This document shows, piece by piece, positions 29,792 to 38,339 of a stretch of DNA of 64,000 bases. Positions within the stretch are counted from its first letter, which is position 1. Every line of letters starts with the position of its first letter. Made by a program: the position numbers and the translations under genes. The stretch is from contig CAVZJX010000001.1 of assembly GCA_963775715.1 (NCBI GenBank), positions 152,336 through 216,335 on the forward strand, read 5' to 3'. The DNA is from an uncultured Actinomycetota bacterium. Lineage in GTDB: Bacteria; Actinomycetota; Actinomycetes; Actinomycetales; Micrococcaceae. The notes under the pieces were generated by a model that searched no databases, was not told the origin of the DNA, and saw nothing but the letters and a program-made list of their open reading frames with translations.

Positions 29792-31583
29792 CGAGCACGT
29801 CGAATTTTTCGCGGAGATCACGAGGGACGTCATCCGCGTCCTCCAGACTCAGGGCTAGCGCCACAAGCATGTCGGGTTTGCCGGTCGGTGCGGTTGCTGC
29901 AGCAGTCCGAATCATTTCGAGCACGTCCTTGCTGAACTTCCCCTCTCGGTGTTCCTTGAAGTCAGCTATGGACCACAGACGAGTTTCAGCGTCGACACGT
30001 GGCCAGGACCGATTGGCTGCTGCAGCCCACTGTTCGTCGCTGAAGACGTCCTCAATCTCATTGGGATCTCCGACGTACAAGCACTGACGGTCGGGGTCGA
30101 GTCCCGCGGCGCGAAGCTTATCCGGGCTAAAGACGTGTCTTGAGTTTGCCTTTGAATCCTCGTCGACGAGGAATACGACGTTGCGTCCGTGCGCATGCAG
30201 GAATCCTGCGAAATGTCTGGCGCCCTCGTTATTGCCGCAGGGCCATATCGCGATACCACAGGACTCCAGGTGACGGCCTGTGGCGAGCTTAAACAACACG
30301 GGGAGGGCACGCGCCTCAGACTCGCCCTCGACCCCGACGAACAGTCGCTCGTGAAGGAGGACCGTGTTTCGAAGGCCAACGCTTGCAGCGATAGCGCCGA
30401 GGTGTGAGCCAACTTCAGAGTCGTCCGCAAGACGTTCGATAACGGTGCGGTGTTGTTCATGCTTGACGTGGACTACGTCGCTGATATCGGTACCGTCGAT
30501 GAGGTTCATAGAGTGTGATGCGATGACGACGGTTACCTTGGGATTTTTCGTCTGTTCATGGATGAGTGTCATCAGCTCGCGCTGGTGTCCATAGTCGAGG
30601 TGGGTGTCGGGCTCGTCGTAAAGCAGCACGATGTCTTCGCCTGAGTGCGCTAGGAGAGTGGCGTTGTACTCCCAAATGGCCAGCGCAACGCGTCGTGCGC
30701 GTCCCGCGCCCGAGAGCTGGAGGTTGATGTTTTCGCCAGCCTCATTCGTGACGGTGATGTCCGTCGATTTCAGCCCGTTGGCGCTAGTAAAGCTGACCGA
30801 AGGCTTAATTTGTACGTCTCCGATGTCGCGCACTTTGTCCATGATGTACTGCCGGATTTCGTCCGCGTCCTTAACAAGCCGCGTCTCGAGGTCCTCCTCG
30901 ATCTTGCGGACACTGCCGTGAAGAGCCTCGGAATCAAGGTGAGACCTGTAGGCGGTGGTGAGGGTGTCTTTGATTGCCACCTCAGCGTCAACGGCGCTGG
31001 TCGCGTCGAAGCGGCGTCCGGCAGGAAGAGCTTTCCCCAGCGCGGCATCAGCGCTGACCCATTCAATCGTGTGCGCGGCGGCGGCGGCTGCGGTTTTCAA
31101 GCGCTCGAGGTAGTCCGCTTTTCTGCCCTTCGTTTGATCAAGCCCAAGCGTCTTCAACCGGTCCTCCAGTTGCGGGACTGTAAGGGTTTCGAGCTCTCTA
31201 AGGCGAGCGTCCTCAGGGACGGAATGAAGTACCTCTAAGACTGGCTTTGACCCCATGCGTGCGATCCGGCGGACATGCAGCGGCGACGGGCCAAACTCGC
31301 TCTTCTCTACTTCATTGAGGACGAATGTTCCGGTGACATACGTTTCCTGGACGCGCTCGATCTTGCCGTCCAAGGAGGGAGATACGGTGCCATCAGCACG
31401 GCTTATGTATGTGCGGTCTGACTCGGTGAGCGAGTAGCCCTCTAGGAGGAAGAGGATCGCATGAATAATGGCAGACTTGCCGGCATCGTTATGACCTGCG
31501 AGAACTGTCGGAGACCCTAGGTCGAGCGATGGAAGATCTTGGATCGATCGAAAACCCTTAATAGAAACGCTCTGCAACCGCAC
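29775..31583 (-). CDS. OLD-family ATP-dependent nuclease (ABC ATPase plus TOPRIM) with SAP-like insertion
   Basis: IKGFRSI, GHNDAGKS (Walker A), LLYDEPDTHL (Walker B), ASHS, VGVEGESE and LVDED TOPRIM motifs. Confidence 0.9.
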   Translation of the reverse strand: MRLQSVSIKGFRSIQDLPSLDLGSPTVLAGHNDAGKSAIIHAILFLLEGYSLTESDRTYISRADGTVSPSLDGKIERVQETYVTGTFVLNEVEKSEFGPSPLHVRRIARMGSKPVLEVLHSVPEDARLRELETLTVPQLEDRLKTLGLDQTKGRKADYLERLKTAAAAAAHTIEWVSADAALGKALPAGRRFDATSAVDAEVAIKDTLTTAYRSHLDSEALHGSVRKIEEDLETRLVKDADEIRQYIMDKVRDIGDVQIKPSVSFTSANGLKSTDITVTNEAGENINLQLSGAGRARRVALAIWEYNATLLAHSGEDIVLLYDEPDTHLDYGHQRELMTLIHEQTKNPKVTVVIASHSMNLIDGTDISDVVHVKHEQHRTVIERLADDSEVGSHLGAIAASVGLRNTVLLHERLFVGVEGESEARALPVLFKLATGRHLESCGIAIWPCGNNEGARHFAGFLHAHGRNVVFLVDEDSKANSRHVFSPDKLRAAGLDPDRQCLYVGDPNEIEDVFSDEQWAAAANRSWPRVDAETRLWSIADFKEHREGKFSKDVLEMIRTAAATAPTGKPDMLVALALSLEDADDVPRDLREKFDVLVSLAK

Positions 31584-31901
31584 GGTGTGCTCCCCAATCA
31601 GACGATGATGACACTGAGTCTACGAGAAACTTGCCTGGTGCAGATTCCACTAATTTTCGGCGCCCACCGGTCGTTTTCCGGCTGGTTGCATGAGTGAGAT
31701 CGAGAGGTGGAGGGTGGCAGGTACGGCGTATGGCGCGTCGATGACAGCAAGGCTCGCCAGAGTGCTGTCGGAGGCTGAGTAGAAAGCCATGCTTAACAAT
31801 CCGACAGTGGGTGGCGACTCACGGCGCATGTTGCACACAGGTTGCCTACTTATGGCGAGTCTTCGTGCAGCGATTGTGAGCAGCGCGCGTCGGAATCAAG
31901 T

Positions 31902-31920
31902 TTTGCCAATTCTTTGCCAA
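31902..31920. repeat. Tandem TTTGCCAA repeat, probable integrase arm-type site (right)
   Basis: Exact copy of 10446-10464. Confidence 0.7.
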
Positions 31921-31938
31921 TGAGGCGGGCTAGGGCAA

Positions 31939-31990
31939 AGCAAAGGCCCCTGCTTCCCTTGTAAACAAAGGGAAGCAGGGGCCTCGCTAT
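31939..31990 (-). terminator. Intrinsic terminator-like hairpin downstream of tRNA-Ser(CGA)
   Basis: Perfect 16 bp stem ggcccctgcttccctt/aagggaagcaggggcc, then TTTGCT on the minus strand. Confidence 0.8.
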
Positions 31991-31992
31991 CG

Positions 31993-32082
31993 TGGCGGTG
32001 ACGGTGGGATTTGAACCCACGTTGGCTTTTACACCAAACAACATTTCGAGTGTTGCACCTTCGGCCGCTCGGACACGTCACC
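31993..32082 (-). tRNA. tRNA-Ser(CGA)
   Basis: GGTGACGTGTCCGAGCGGCCGAAG...CT-CGA-AA anticodon loop, long variable arm, GTTCAAATCC T-loop, encoded CCA. Confidence 0.97.
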
Positions 32083-32218
32083 AACCTGAATAGGGTACCG
32101 GAGCAAGGCGCCCAACCCCAAAACGGCGCCCAAGCGGCCGCCAAAAGACGCCTCGCCGCGCCCCGCGCAGCGCCGAAGCTTTTCCCCGCCCGGCTCCGGC
32201 ATTAGATTCGTAAGCAAG

Positions 32219-33247
32219 ATGAGTAACCCGAACAAGACAGCCCCCGCCCCGACCACCGCAACCGGCTATTGGACCGTCGGCCCCGAGCAGGGCGAACTCC
32301 GCCGCGAGGAACTCCCGGCGCCCGGCCCCGACGAAGCTTTGGTGCGTGCCCTGTACTCCGGCATCAGCAAGGGCACCGAGATGGTGGTGCACAACGCCCG
32401 CGTGCCGGAGTGCATTGCCGCGGAGATGGCCGCGCCCCATCAGGAGGGCAGCTTCCCGTCACCGGTGAAGTTCGGTTACCTCTCCGTCGGCGTCGTCGAG
32501 CAGGGCCCGGCGGACTGGCAGGGCAAGACGGTCTTCTGCCTCTACCCGCACCAGGACCGCTTCATCGTCCCGGTCGCGTCGCTCACCCAAGTCCCCGACG
32601 GCGTTCCCGCCCGCCGGGCCGTGCTTACCGGGACCGTGGAAACCGCCGTCAACGCTCTCTGGGAGGCCGGCCCCCGTCTCGGCGACCGAGTGGCCGTAAT
32701 CGGCGCCGGACTGGTCGGCGGCATGGTCGCCAAGCTCCTCGGAGCCTTCCCGCTGGGCCGGCTGCAGCTCATCGACATCGACCCCGCCAAGCGCGCCTTC
32801 GCCGAGGCCCTGGGCGTCGACTTCTGCCACCCCGACGACGCGCTGGGGGACTGCGACATCGTGATCCACTGCTCCGCCTCCCAGGCCGGCCTCCAGCGCG
32901 CCCTTCAGCTGGTGGGCGACGAGGGCGAGATCATCGAGATGTCCTGGTACGCGGACCGGCAGATCACCCTGCCGCTGGGCGAAGATTTCCACGCCCGCAG
33001 GCTCTCCATCCGCGCCAGCCAGGTGGGCGTCGTCGCCCGCGCCCGCCGCCACCGCCGCAGCAACGCCGACCGGCTCGACCTGGCCGTCTCGCTGCTTGCT
33101 GACCCGGTCTTCGACACCTTCCTCACCGGCACGTCCGGCTTCAGCGAGCTGCCCAATGTTGTGCAGCGCCTCTCCGACGGCAGCCTCGACGCGCTCTGCC
33201 ACGTCATCGAATACCCCGAAGTCCCCGCAACCGAAAGCACGAGGTAA
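32219..33247 (+). CDS. Zinc-binding (MDR) alcohol dehydrogenase-like protein
   Basis: YSGISKGTE; Rossmann VAVIGAGLVG. Confidence 0.85.
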   Translation: MSNPNKTAPAPTTATGYWTVGPEQGELRREELPAPGPDEALVRALYSGISKGTEMVVHNARVPECIAAEMAAPHQEGSFPSPVKFGYLSVGVVEQGPADWQGKTVFCLYPHQDRFIVPVASLTQVPDGVPARRAVLTGTVETAVNALWEAGPRLGDRVAVIGAGLVGGMVAKLLGAFPLGRLQLIDIDPAKRAFAEALGVDFCHPDDALGDCDIVIHCSASQAGLQRALQLVGDEGEIIEMSWYADRQITLPLGEDFHARRLSIRASQVGVVARARRHRRSNADRLDLAVSLLADPVFDTFLTGTSGFSELPNVVQRLSDGSLDALCHVIEYPEVPATESTR

Positions 33248-33250
33248 TCC

Positions 33251-33649
33251 GTGTTCAGCCTGACCGTCCGCCGTAATTTCATGATCGCCCACAGCCTGCC
33301 CCGCCCCGCCTTCGGCCCCGCGCAGGGCCTGCACGGCGCCACCTTCGTCACGGAGGTGACCTTCCGCCGCCCGGCCCTGAACGAGGATGCGATCGTGCTG
33401 GACATCGGTGAGGCCGGGGACGTGCTGGATGCCATCCTGGCGGACCTGAACTACAAGAACCTCGACGAGCACCCGGACTTCGCCGGCAAACTCAGCACCA
33501 CCGAAGCCCTCGCGCAGTACATCGCAGACGCCGTCGCCGGCCGGATCCGCGCTGGGCAGGACGGGAAGGCCCTCGCCGGCATCGACGTCACGCTGCGTGA
33601 AACCCCGGACGCCTGGGCCAGCTACTCGCTCGAGTTCGACGCCCGCTAG
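33251..33649 (+). CDS. 6-pyruvoyltetrahydropterin synthase-like T-fold protein (COG0720, divergent subtype)
   Basis: FMIAHSL..FGPAQGLHGATF..LNYKNLD...TTEALAQYI; lacks the catalytic Cys and third His of QueD/PTPS. Confidence 0.85.
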   Translation: MFSLTVRRNFMIAHSLPRPAFGPAQGLHGATFVTEVTFRRPALNEDAIVLDIGEAGDVLDAILADLNYKNLDEHPDFAGKLSTTEALAQYIADAVAGRIRAGQDGKALAGIDVTLRETPDAWASYSLEFDAR

Positions 33650-33655
33650 CAGCCC

Positions 33656-34780
33656 GTGGCAGCGCCCCGCCTCCGCCTCCTGGTGCCCGGCAACGTGCGC
33701 CACAACTCCGGCGGCAACGCCTACAACGCCGCCCTGCTCCGCGCCCTCCGCACCCTCGGGGTGGCCGCCGTGTCCTGCGAGGTCGACGGCGACTGGCCGG
33801 TCGGCAGTGCGGCTGACCGGCAGCAGCTGCGCCGCCTGCTGACCGGGTCCGACGCCGGCCAACCCACCCTTGTGGACGGCCTGGTGGCCTGCGGGGCGCC
33901 GGACGCGCTGGAAGCGGCGGCCGCTGCCGGGGCGCAGGCCTGGATCCTGCTGCACATGCCCTTGGACGCGCACCCGGACCTCGAACGCCGCGCACTGCAG
34001 GCCGCCGCGGGTGTTATCTGCACCAGCAACTCTGCGGCGGCAACCCTCCGGGAACGGCACGGGATGGATGCCGCCGGCAGCGTCCGCGTCGCGCTGCCCG
34101 GCACCGAACCCGCGCTGGCCGCCGCCGGCTCCGAGCCGCGGCACCTGCTGGCGGTGGCCGCGCTGTTGCCCAACAAGGACCAGCTGCTCTTGTTGCGTGC
34201 CCTGGCCGGCCTTACGGACCTGGACTGGACGGCCACGCTCGCCGGCTCGGACACCGCGGACCGCGCCTACGCCGCGCTGCTCCGGAGCGAATCGGATCGT
34301 CTTGGCCTCAGCGGACGGGTCCGCCTCCCGGGTGAACTTCGCGGAGCCGCACTGGATGCCGAGTGGGCCGCCGCGGACCTCAGCCTGCTGATCTCCCAGG
34401 CCGAAACCTACGGCCTGGTGGTGACGGAATCACTGGCCCGCGGTGTGCCGGTGATCGTCCGGCAGGGCACGGGCGCCGTGGAGGCGCTCGCCGCCGGCAG
34501 CCCCGCAAGCAAGGGAGCTGCCTCCGCTGCGGGCATCCCCGCGGCACAGCCAGCGGCACGGCCGAAAGCAACCGCGCTGCCGGGCGCCGCCGTCGAACTC
34601 GGCGACGACCCGGCCCCGCTGGCAGCGCTGCTCCGCCGCTGGCTCACCGACGCCATGCTTCGTGCCGACTGGCGGGTCGCCGCACGGTCCGCCAGTCGGC
34701 ACCTGCCCGGCTGGGACGCCACGGCGCGGTCCGTCCTGGAGCTCCTCGGCGGGCCCGCCCACCCAACTAACTCGCAGTAG
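33656..34780 (+). CDS. GT4 family glycosyltransferase
   Basis: SGGNAYN; PNKDQ; ETYGLVVTESLARGVPVI (Ex7E). Confidence 0.88.
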   Translation: MAAPRLRLLVPGNVRHNSGGNAYNAALLRALRTLGVAAVSCEVDGDWPVGSAADRQQLRRLLTGSDAGQPTLVDGLVACGAPDALEAAAAAGAQAWILLHMPLDAHPDLERRALQAAAGVICTSNSAAATLRERHGMDAAGSVRVALPGTEPALAAAGSEPRHLLAVAALLPNKDQLLLLRALAGLTDLDWTATLAGSDTADRAYAALLRSESDRLGLSGRVRLPGELRGAALDAEWAAADLSLLISQAETYGLVVTESLARGVPVIVRQGTGAVEALAAGSPASKGAASAAGIPAAQPAARPKATALPGAAVELGDDPAPLAALLRRWLTDAMLRADWRVAARSASRHLPGWDATARSVLELLGGPAHPTNSQ

Positions 34781-34823
34781 TTGTCGTTTTGAGGGCCCAT
34801 AACGACAACTATTGCGAGCTAGT
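34766..34823. repeat. REP-like intergenic palindrome
   Basis: actaactcgcagtagttgtcgtt ... aacgacaactattgcgagctagt (23 bp arms, 2 mismatches). Confidence 0.7.
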
Positions 34824-34850
34824 CGGGGGCCGGAGGTGCAGAATGGCCCC

Positions 34851-36092
34851 ATGACTACCGAGCCCAGCACCGTGCAGCTGCCGCCCGCGGAGAGCCTCAC
34901 CGCCGAGCGGCTCCGCGCCTGGTCCTGGCACCGGCAGGGCCTGGACGGTTCGCTGGCCGGCTGCACCGCGGAACAGGTCTTCGCTCGGGCCGGCTGGGCG
35001 CGGTCCGTGGGCGGAGCCAACCCATACCTCACGCTCTTAGCCCGGGCGGGCATCCGGCGCGCACAGGTGGACGCCGACGTCCTGGCGCACCGCATCCTGG
35101 AACTACCCACGGCCCGCGGCTGCACCTACGTGTTGGGCGCCGAAGACTTCGCCTGGGCGCTGCGGCTGGGACGGGAACCCGCCGAGGCCGGCTTCAAGGT
35201 GGTGGGCCGGCTGGGGGTGGACCGCGGAGAAATCGCGCTGCTCGAGGAACAGGTGCTGCACACCCTCACCGAAGCCGGCGTCCCGCTCGACCCGCGCCAA
35301 CTCAAGGACGAGCTCGGCGATTCGGTGCGCAACCTCGGCGAGGAGGGCAAGAAGAAGGGCGCCGCCACCACGCTCCCCACCGCACTGGGCATCCTGCAGG
35401 CGGACGGCCGGATCCGCCGCGTCCCCGCCAACGGCCGCCTCGACCAGCAGCGCTACGCCTACGAGCCGTGGGGACTGCGGCCGAGCACGCTCAGCGACGA
35501 GGACATCCGCGCGGAGCTGATCCGCCGCTACCTGGGCTGGACCGGAGGTGCCAGCTTCAAACAGTCCCAGTGGTTCACCGGCTTCACTGTCGCGCAGAGC
35601 AAGGCCGCGTTCGCCGCCGTCGGCGCCGTCGAGGTTCCCACCGCCGCCGGGGGAGACCCGCTCTGGATGCTGCCCGACGACGTCGAACGCCTCGCCGCCT
35701 ACGAGGAACCGGCCGAAGAACAAATCCAGCTTCTCGCCGGAACGGACTCGCTGGTGCTGCTGCGCCGGAACGCGGGGGAGCTGCTGGCCGCGGAGGACCA
35801 GGACAAAAGGGCGCTGGGCTCGCTCGCGCTGCAGGCGGACCTGCCGGACCATCCGATTCTTGACCGCGGCCGGATCATCGGGCTCTGGCAGTACGACCCG
35901 GGCCGGGAGAAGATCGCCGCCTGGGTGTTCGGCACGCCGACGACGGCGGTGACCCGGCGGATCGCCGAGGTGGAGGCATGGATCAGGGAGGACCTGGGCG
36001 ACTTCCGTGCCTTCAGCCTGGACTCGCCGGCGTCCCGGCAGAAGCGGATCGACGCGTTGCGGGCCTCCACCACGGCCACCGCCGAGCGGTAG
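34851..36092 (+). CDS. Winged-helix / AlkZ-like DNA glycosylase family (HTH_42) protein
   Basis: RAWSWHRQGL, ARGCTYV, RRYLGWTG, ILDRGRIIGLW pattern. Confidence 0.75.
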   Translation: MTTEPSTVQLPPAESLTAERLRAWSWHRQGLDGSLAGCTAEQVFARAGWARSVGGANPYLTLLARAGIRRAQVDADVLAHRILELPTARGCTYVLGAEDFAWALRLGREPAEAGFKVVGRLGVDRGEIALLEEQVLHTLTEAGVPLDPRQLKDELGDSVRNLGEEGKKKGAATTLPTALGILQADGRIRRVPANGRLDQQRYAYEPWGLRPSTLSDEDIRAELIRRYLGWTGGASFKQSQWFTGFTVAQSKAAFAAVGAVEVPTAAGGDPLWMLPDDVERLAAYEEPAEEQIQLLAGTDSLVLLRRNAGELLAAEDQDKRALGSLALQADLPDHPILDRGRIIGLWQYDPGREKIAAWVFGTPTTAVTRRIAEVEAWIREDLGDFRAFSLDSPASRQKRIDALRASTTATAER

Positions 36093-36157
36093 CCGTGGTG
36101 CGCCGTCGGACGGATTGCCGGCCCCGGTAGCCGGCGAGGCGCCGACCGAAGGGAACG

Positions 36158-36661
36158 TCAGGCGCCGCGGTGCCCCGCGAAGAAATCCCGCAGCAGCGCA
36201 CCGCACTCCTGCTCCCGAACCCCGGCGTAGACCTCCACCCAATGGTTGAGCCGGCGCTCGCGGAGAACATCGAACACGGACCCGGCGGCCCCCGCTTTCT
36301 CGTCCCAGGCGCCAAAGACCACCCGCGGAATCCGGGCCAGCACCACGGCGCCGGCGCACATCGCGCACGGTTCCAGCGTCACGACGAGGGTGCAGTCCGC
36401 CAGCCGCCAGCCGTCGCTGGCCAGCCCGTCGAGTTCGCGGCGCGAGCGCAGCCGGGCGGCGGCTTCCCGGATCGCCACCATCTCGGCGTGCGCCGTCGGG
36501 TCCCCGAACGCCTCCCGCTCGTTGCGGCCGGCGCCGAGCACCGAACCGTCCGGACCGATCACGACGGCGCCGATCGGAACGTCCGCGGTGCCCAGCGCCC
36601 GGCGCGCCTCGGCAAGGGCCAGGCCCATCCATTCCGCATGGCGCGGCTCGGGGGTAGTCAT
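36158..36661 (-). CDS. tadA: tRNA adenosine(34) deaminase
   Basis: DVPIGAV, DPTAHAE, TLEPCAMC, RLNH. Confidence 0.9.
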   Translation of the reverse strand: MTTPEPRHAEWMGLALAEARRALGTADVPIGAVVIGPDGSVLGAGRNEREAFGDPTAHAEMVAIREAAARLRSRRELDGLASDGWRLADCTLVVTLEPCAMCAGAVVLARIPRVVFGAWDEKAGAAGSVFDVLRERRLNHWVEVYAGVREQECGALLRDFFAGHRGA

Positions 36662-36731
36662 AGCTCAATGATAGTTTCGACACTAAGCAAGCTGTGCACC
36701 TATCCGGTGCACCGGGACCTCGGGAGACGCA

Positions 36732-37586
36732 GTGGGCACCAAGACGGAAAGCTGGCTGATGCGGCGCTGGGGCAAGTGGGTGGTGCCTTACGCCGCGCTG
36801 TGGATCACCATGCTGATCGGGGGCATCGTGGTGGTCGCTTTGGCGCTCACCAGCGCGGAGGTCTATGACAATGTCGTCGACGATGCCGGCCTGGCGAACC
36901 TCGACAAGCCGACGCTGGGGCTCATGAAGCAGTTGCGCACCCCGGGCCTGGACGCCTTTGTCACCGGGTTCACCAACATCGGCGGCGGCATCGGCATGCC
37001 GATTCTGGCCAGCATCCTGACGGGGTTGCTGATCTGGGTCTCCCGGACCTGGCGGCCGCTGGTCCTGATCGGCGGCGCCGCCGCCGTATCAATCACTGCC
37101 ACGACGGTGGGCAAAAAACTGATCGGCCGGACCCGCCCCGACTTCGCGGACGCGGTGCCGCCCTACGAGTCGTCGCCGTCGTTCCCCAGCGGCCATACGC
37201 TGAACTCCACCGTGGTGATCGGGCTGGTGGTCTACCTTGCCTGCCTGCAGGTGAAACGCACCATGGCCCGCGTCGCTTTTATCACCGCGGGTGTGATCTT
37301 CGTCTTCGCCATGGGCATGAGCCGGGTGTTCCTCGGCCACCACTGGATGACCGACGTGATCTTCGGCTGGGCGCTCGGACTGGGCTGGGTGGGGATCGTG
37401 ATCCTGGCCCACAGACTCTTCCATGTGCTGCGGCACCGGGAACACACGGGCCCTGCCCCGACCTTCGACAACAAGGCGCACCTGCGCGACCGCGACCCGG
37501 ACGGCGGCCCCGGCACCGGCCCCGGCGCCGTGGCCTCCGACGCCGATACCCCCGGGCCCGCGGGACGGTCCTCGGCGTCCGGGTGA
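36732..37586 (+). CDS. PAP2 family phosphatase
   Basis: KKLIGRTRP, SFPSGH, SRVFLGHHWMTDV. Confidence 0.9.
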   Translation: MGTKTESWLMRRWGKWVVPYAALWITMLIGGIVVVALALTSAEVYDNVVDDAGLANLDKPTLGLMKQLRTPGLDAFVTGFTNIGGGIGMPILASILTGLLIWVSRTWRPLVLIGGAAAVSITATTVGKKLIGRTRPDFADAVPPYESSPSFPSGHTLNSTVVIGLVVYLACLQVKRTMARVAFITAGVIFVFAMGMSRVFLGHHWMTDVIFGWALGLGWVGIVILAHRLFHVLRHREHTGPAPTFDNKAHLRDRDPDGGPGTGPGAVASDADTPGPAGRSSASG

Positions 37587-37598
37587 TAGTTTTGACCC

Positions 37599-38234
37599 AT
37601 GCGCACTCTCGTTGTGGACCACCCGCTGGTCGCCCATAAACTCACCGTTCTGCGGGACAAGAACACCCCCTCCCCGGTCTTCCGCCAGCTCACCGAGGAG
37701 CTCGTCACGCTCCTGGCCTACGAGGCGACCCGGGATGTGCGCACCGAGCCGGTGACCATCGAAACGCCGGTCAGCACCACCATCGGCACCGCCTTCACCA
37801 AACCAACCCCGCTGGTCGTCCCCATCCTGCGCGCCGGACTCGGCATGCTTGAAGGCATGACCAAGCTGGTCCCCACCGCCGAGGTCGGCTTCCTGGGCAT
37901 GGCCCGCGACGAAGAGACCCTGGACATCATCACGTACGCCGAGCGCCTGCCCGAGGATCTGACCGACCGGCAGATCTTCGTCCTCGACCCGATGCTGGCC
38001 ACCGGCGGGACGCTGCGCGAGGCGATTAAGTTCCTCTTCAAGCGCGGCGCCTCGGACGTCACCTGCATCTGCCTGCTGGCCGCCCCGGAGGGCCTGGCCA
38101 AGCTGGAGGAAGAGCTCTCGGATGCGAACGTAACGATCGTGCTGGCCTCGATCGACGAGAAGCTGAACGAGAAGTCCTACATTGTTCCCGGCCTGGGCGA
38201 CGCCGGAGACCGGCTGTACGGGATCGCCGTCTAA
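37599..38234 (+). CDS. upp: Uracil phosphoribosyltransferase
   Basis: [35 protein letters not shown]. Confidence 0.97.
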   Translation: MRTLVVDHPLVAHKLTVLRDKNTPSPVFRQLTEELVTLLAYEATRDVRTEPVTIETPVSTTIGTAFTKPTPLVVPILRAGLGMLEGMTKLVPTAEVGFLGMARDEETLDIITYAERLPEDLTDRQIFVLDPMLATGGTLREAIKFLFKRGASDVTCICLLAAPEGLAKLEEELSDANVTIVLASIDEKLNEKSYIVPGLGDAGDRLYGIAV

Positions 38235-38269
38235 GTTCAAGTGCTTGCCGCCGGCTTGCGGCAGACACA

Positions 38270-38304
38270 ACAAGGCCCCGGATCCAGCGGATCCGGGGCC
38301 TTGT
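38270..38304. terminator. Hairpin between convergent upp and transglycosylase genes
   Basis: acaaggccccggatcc-agc-ggatccggggccttgt. Confidence 0.7.
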
Positions 38305-38339
38305 CTGCCAATGTGCCCTAAAAGCTGGACGCCGGTTGT

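Larger units (their letters stand above)
10251..32019. mobile_element. Integrative mobilizable element / genomic island inserted in tRNA-Ser(CGA)
   Basis: ~80 bp direct repeat at 10251-10330 and 31939-32019; int, xis, rep, mobC and relaxase inside; cargo visibly more AT-rich than the flanks. Confidence 0.92.

Noticed and set aside
21637-31583. Gabija, Septu, PARIS or retron assignment for OLD plus HNH
   Set aside because: No UvrD, RT or AriB-type partner; HNH and ATPase are about 7 kb apart rather than adjacent.
10251-32019. Prophage or self-transmissible ICE/AICE
   Set aside because: No capsid, terminase or tail genes, and no VirB4, coupling protein or TraB/FtsK.
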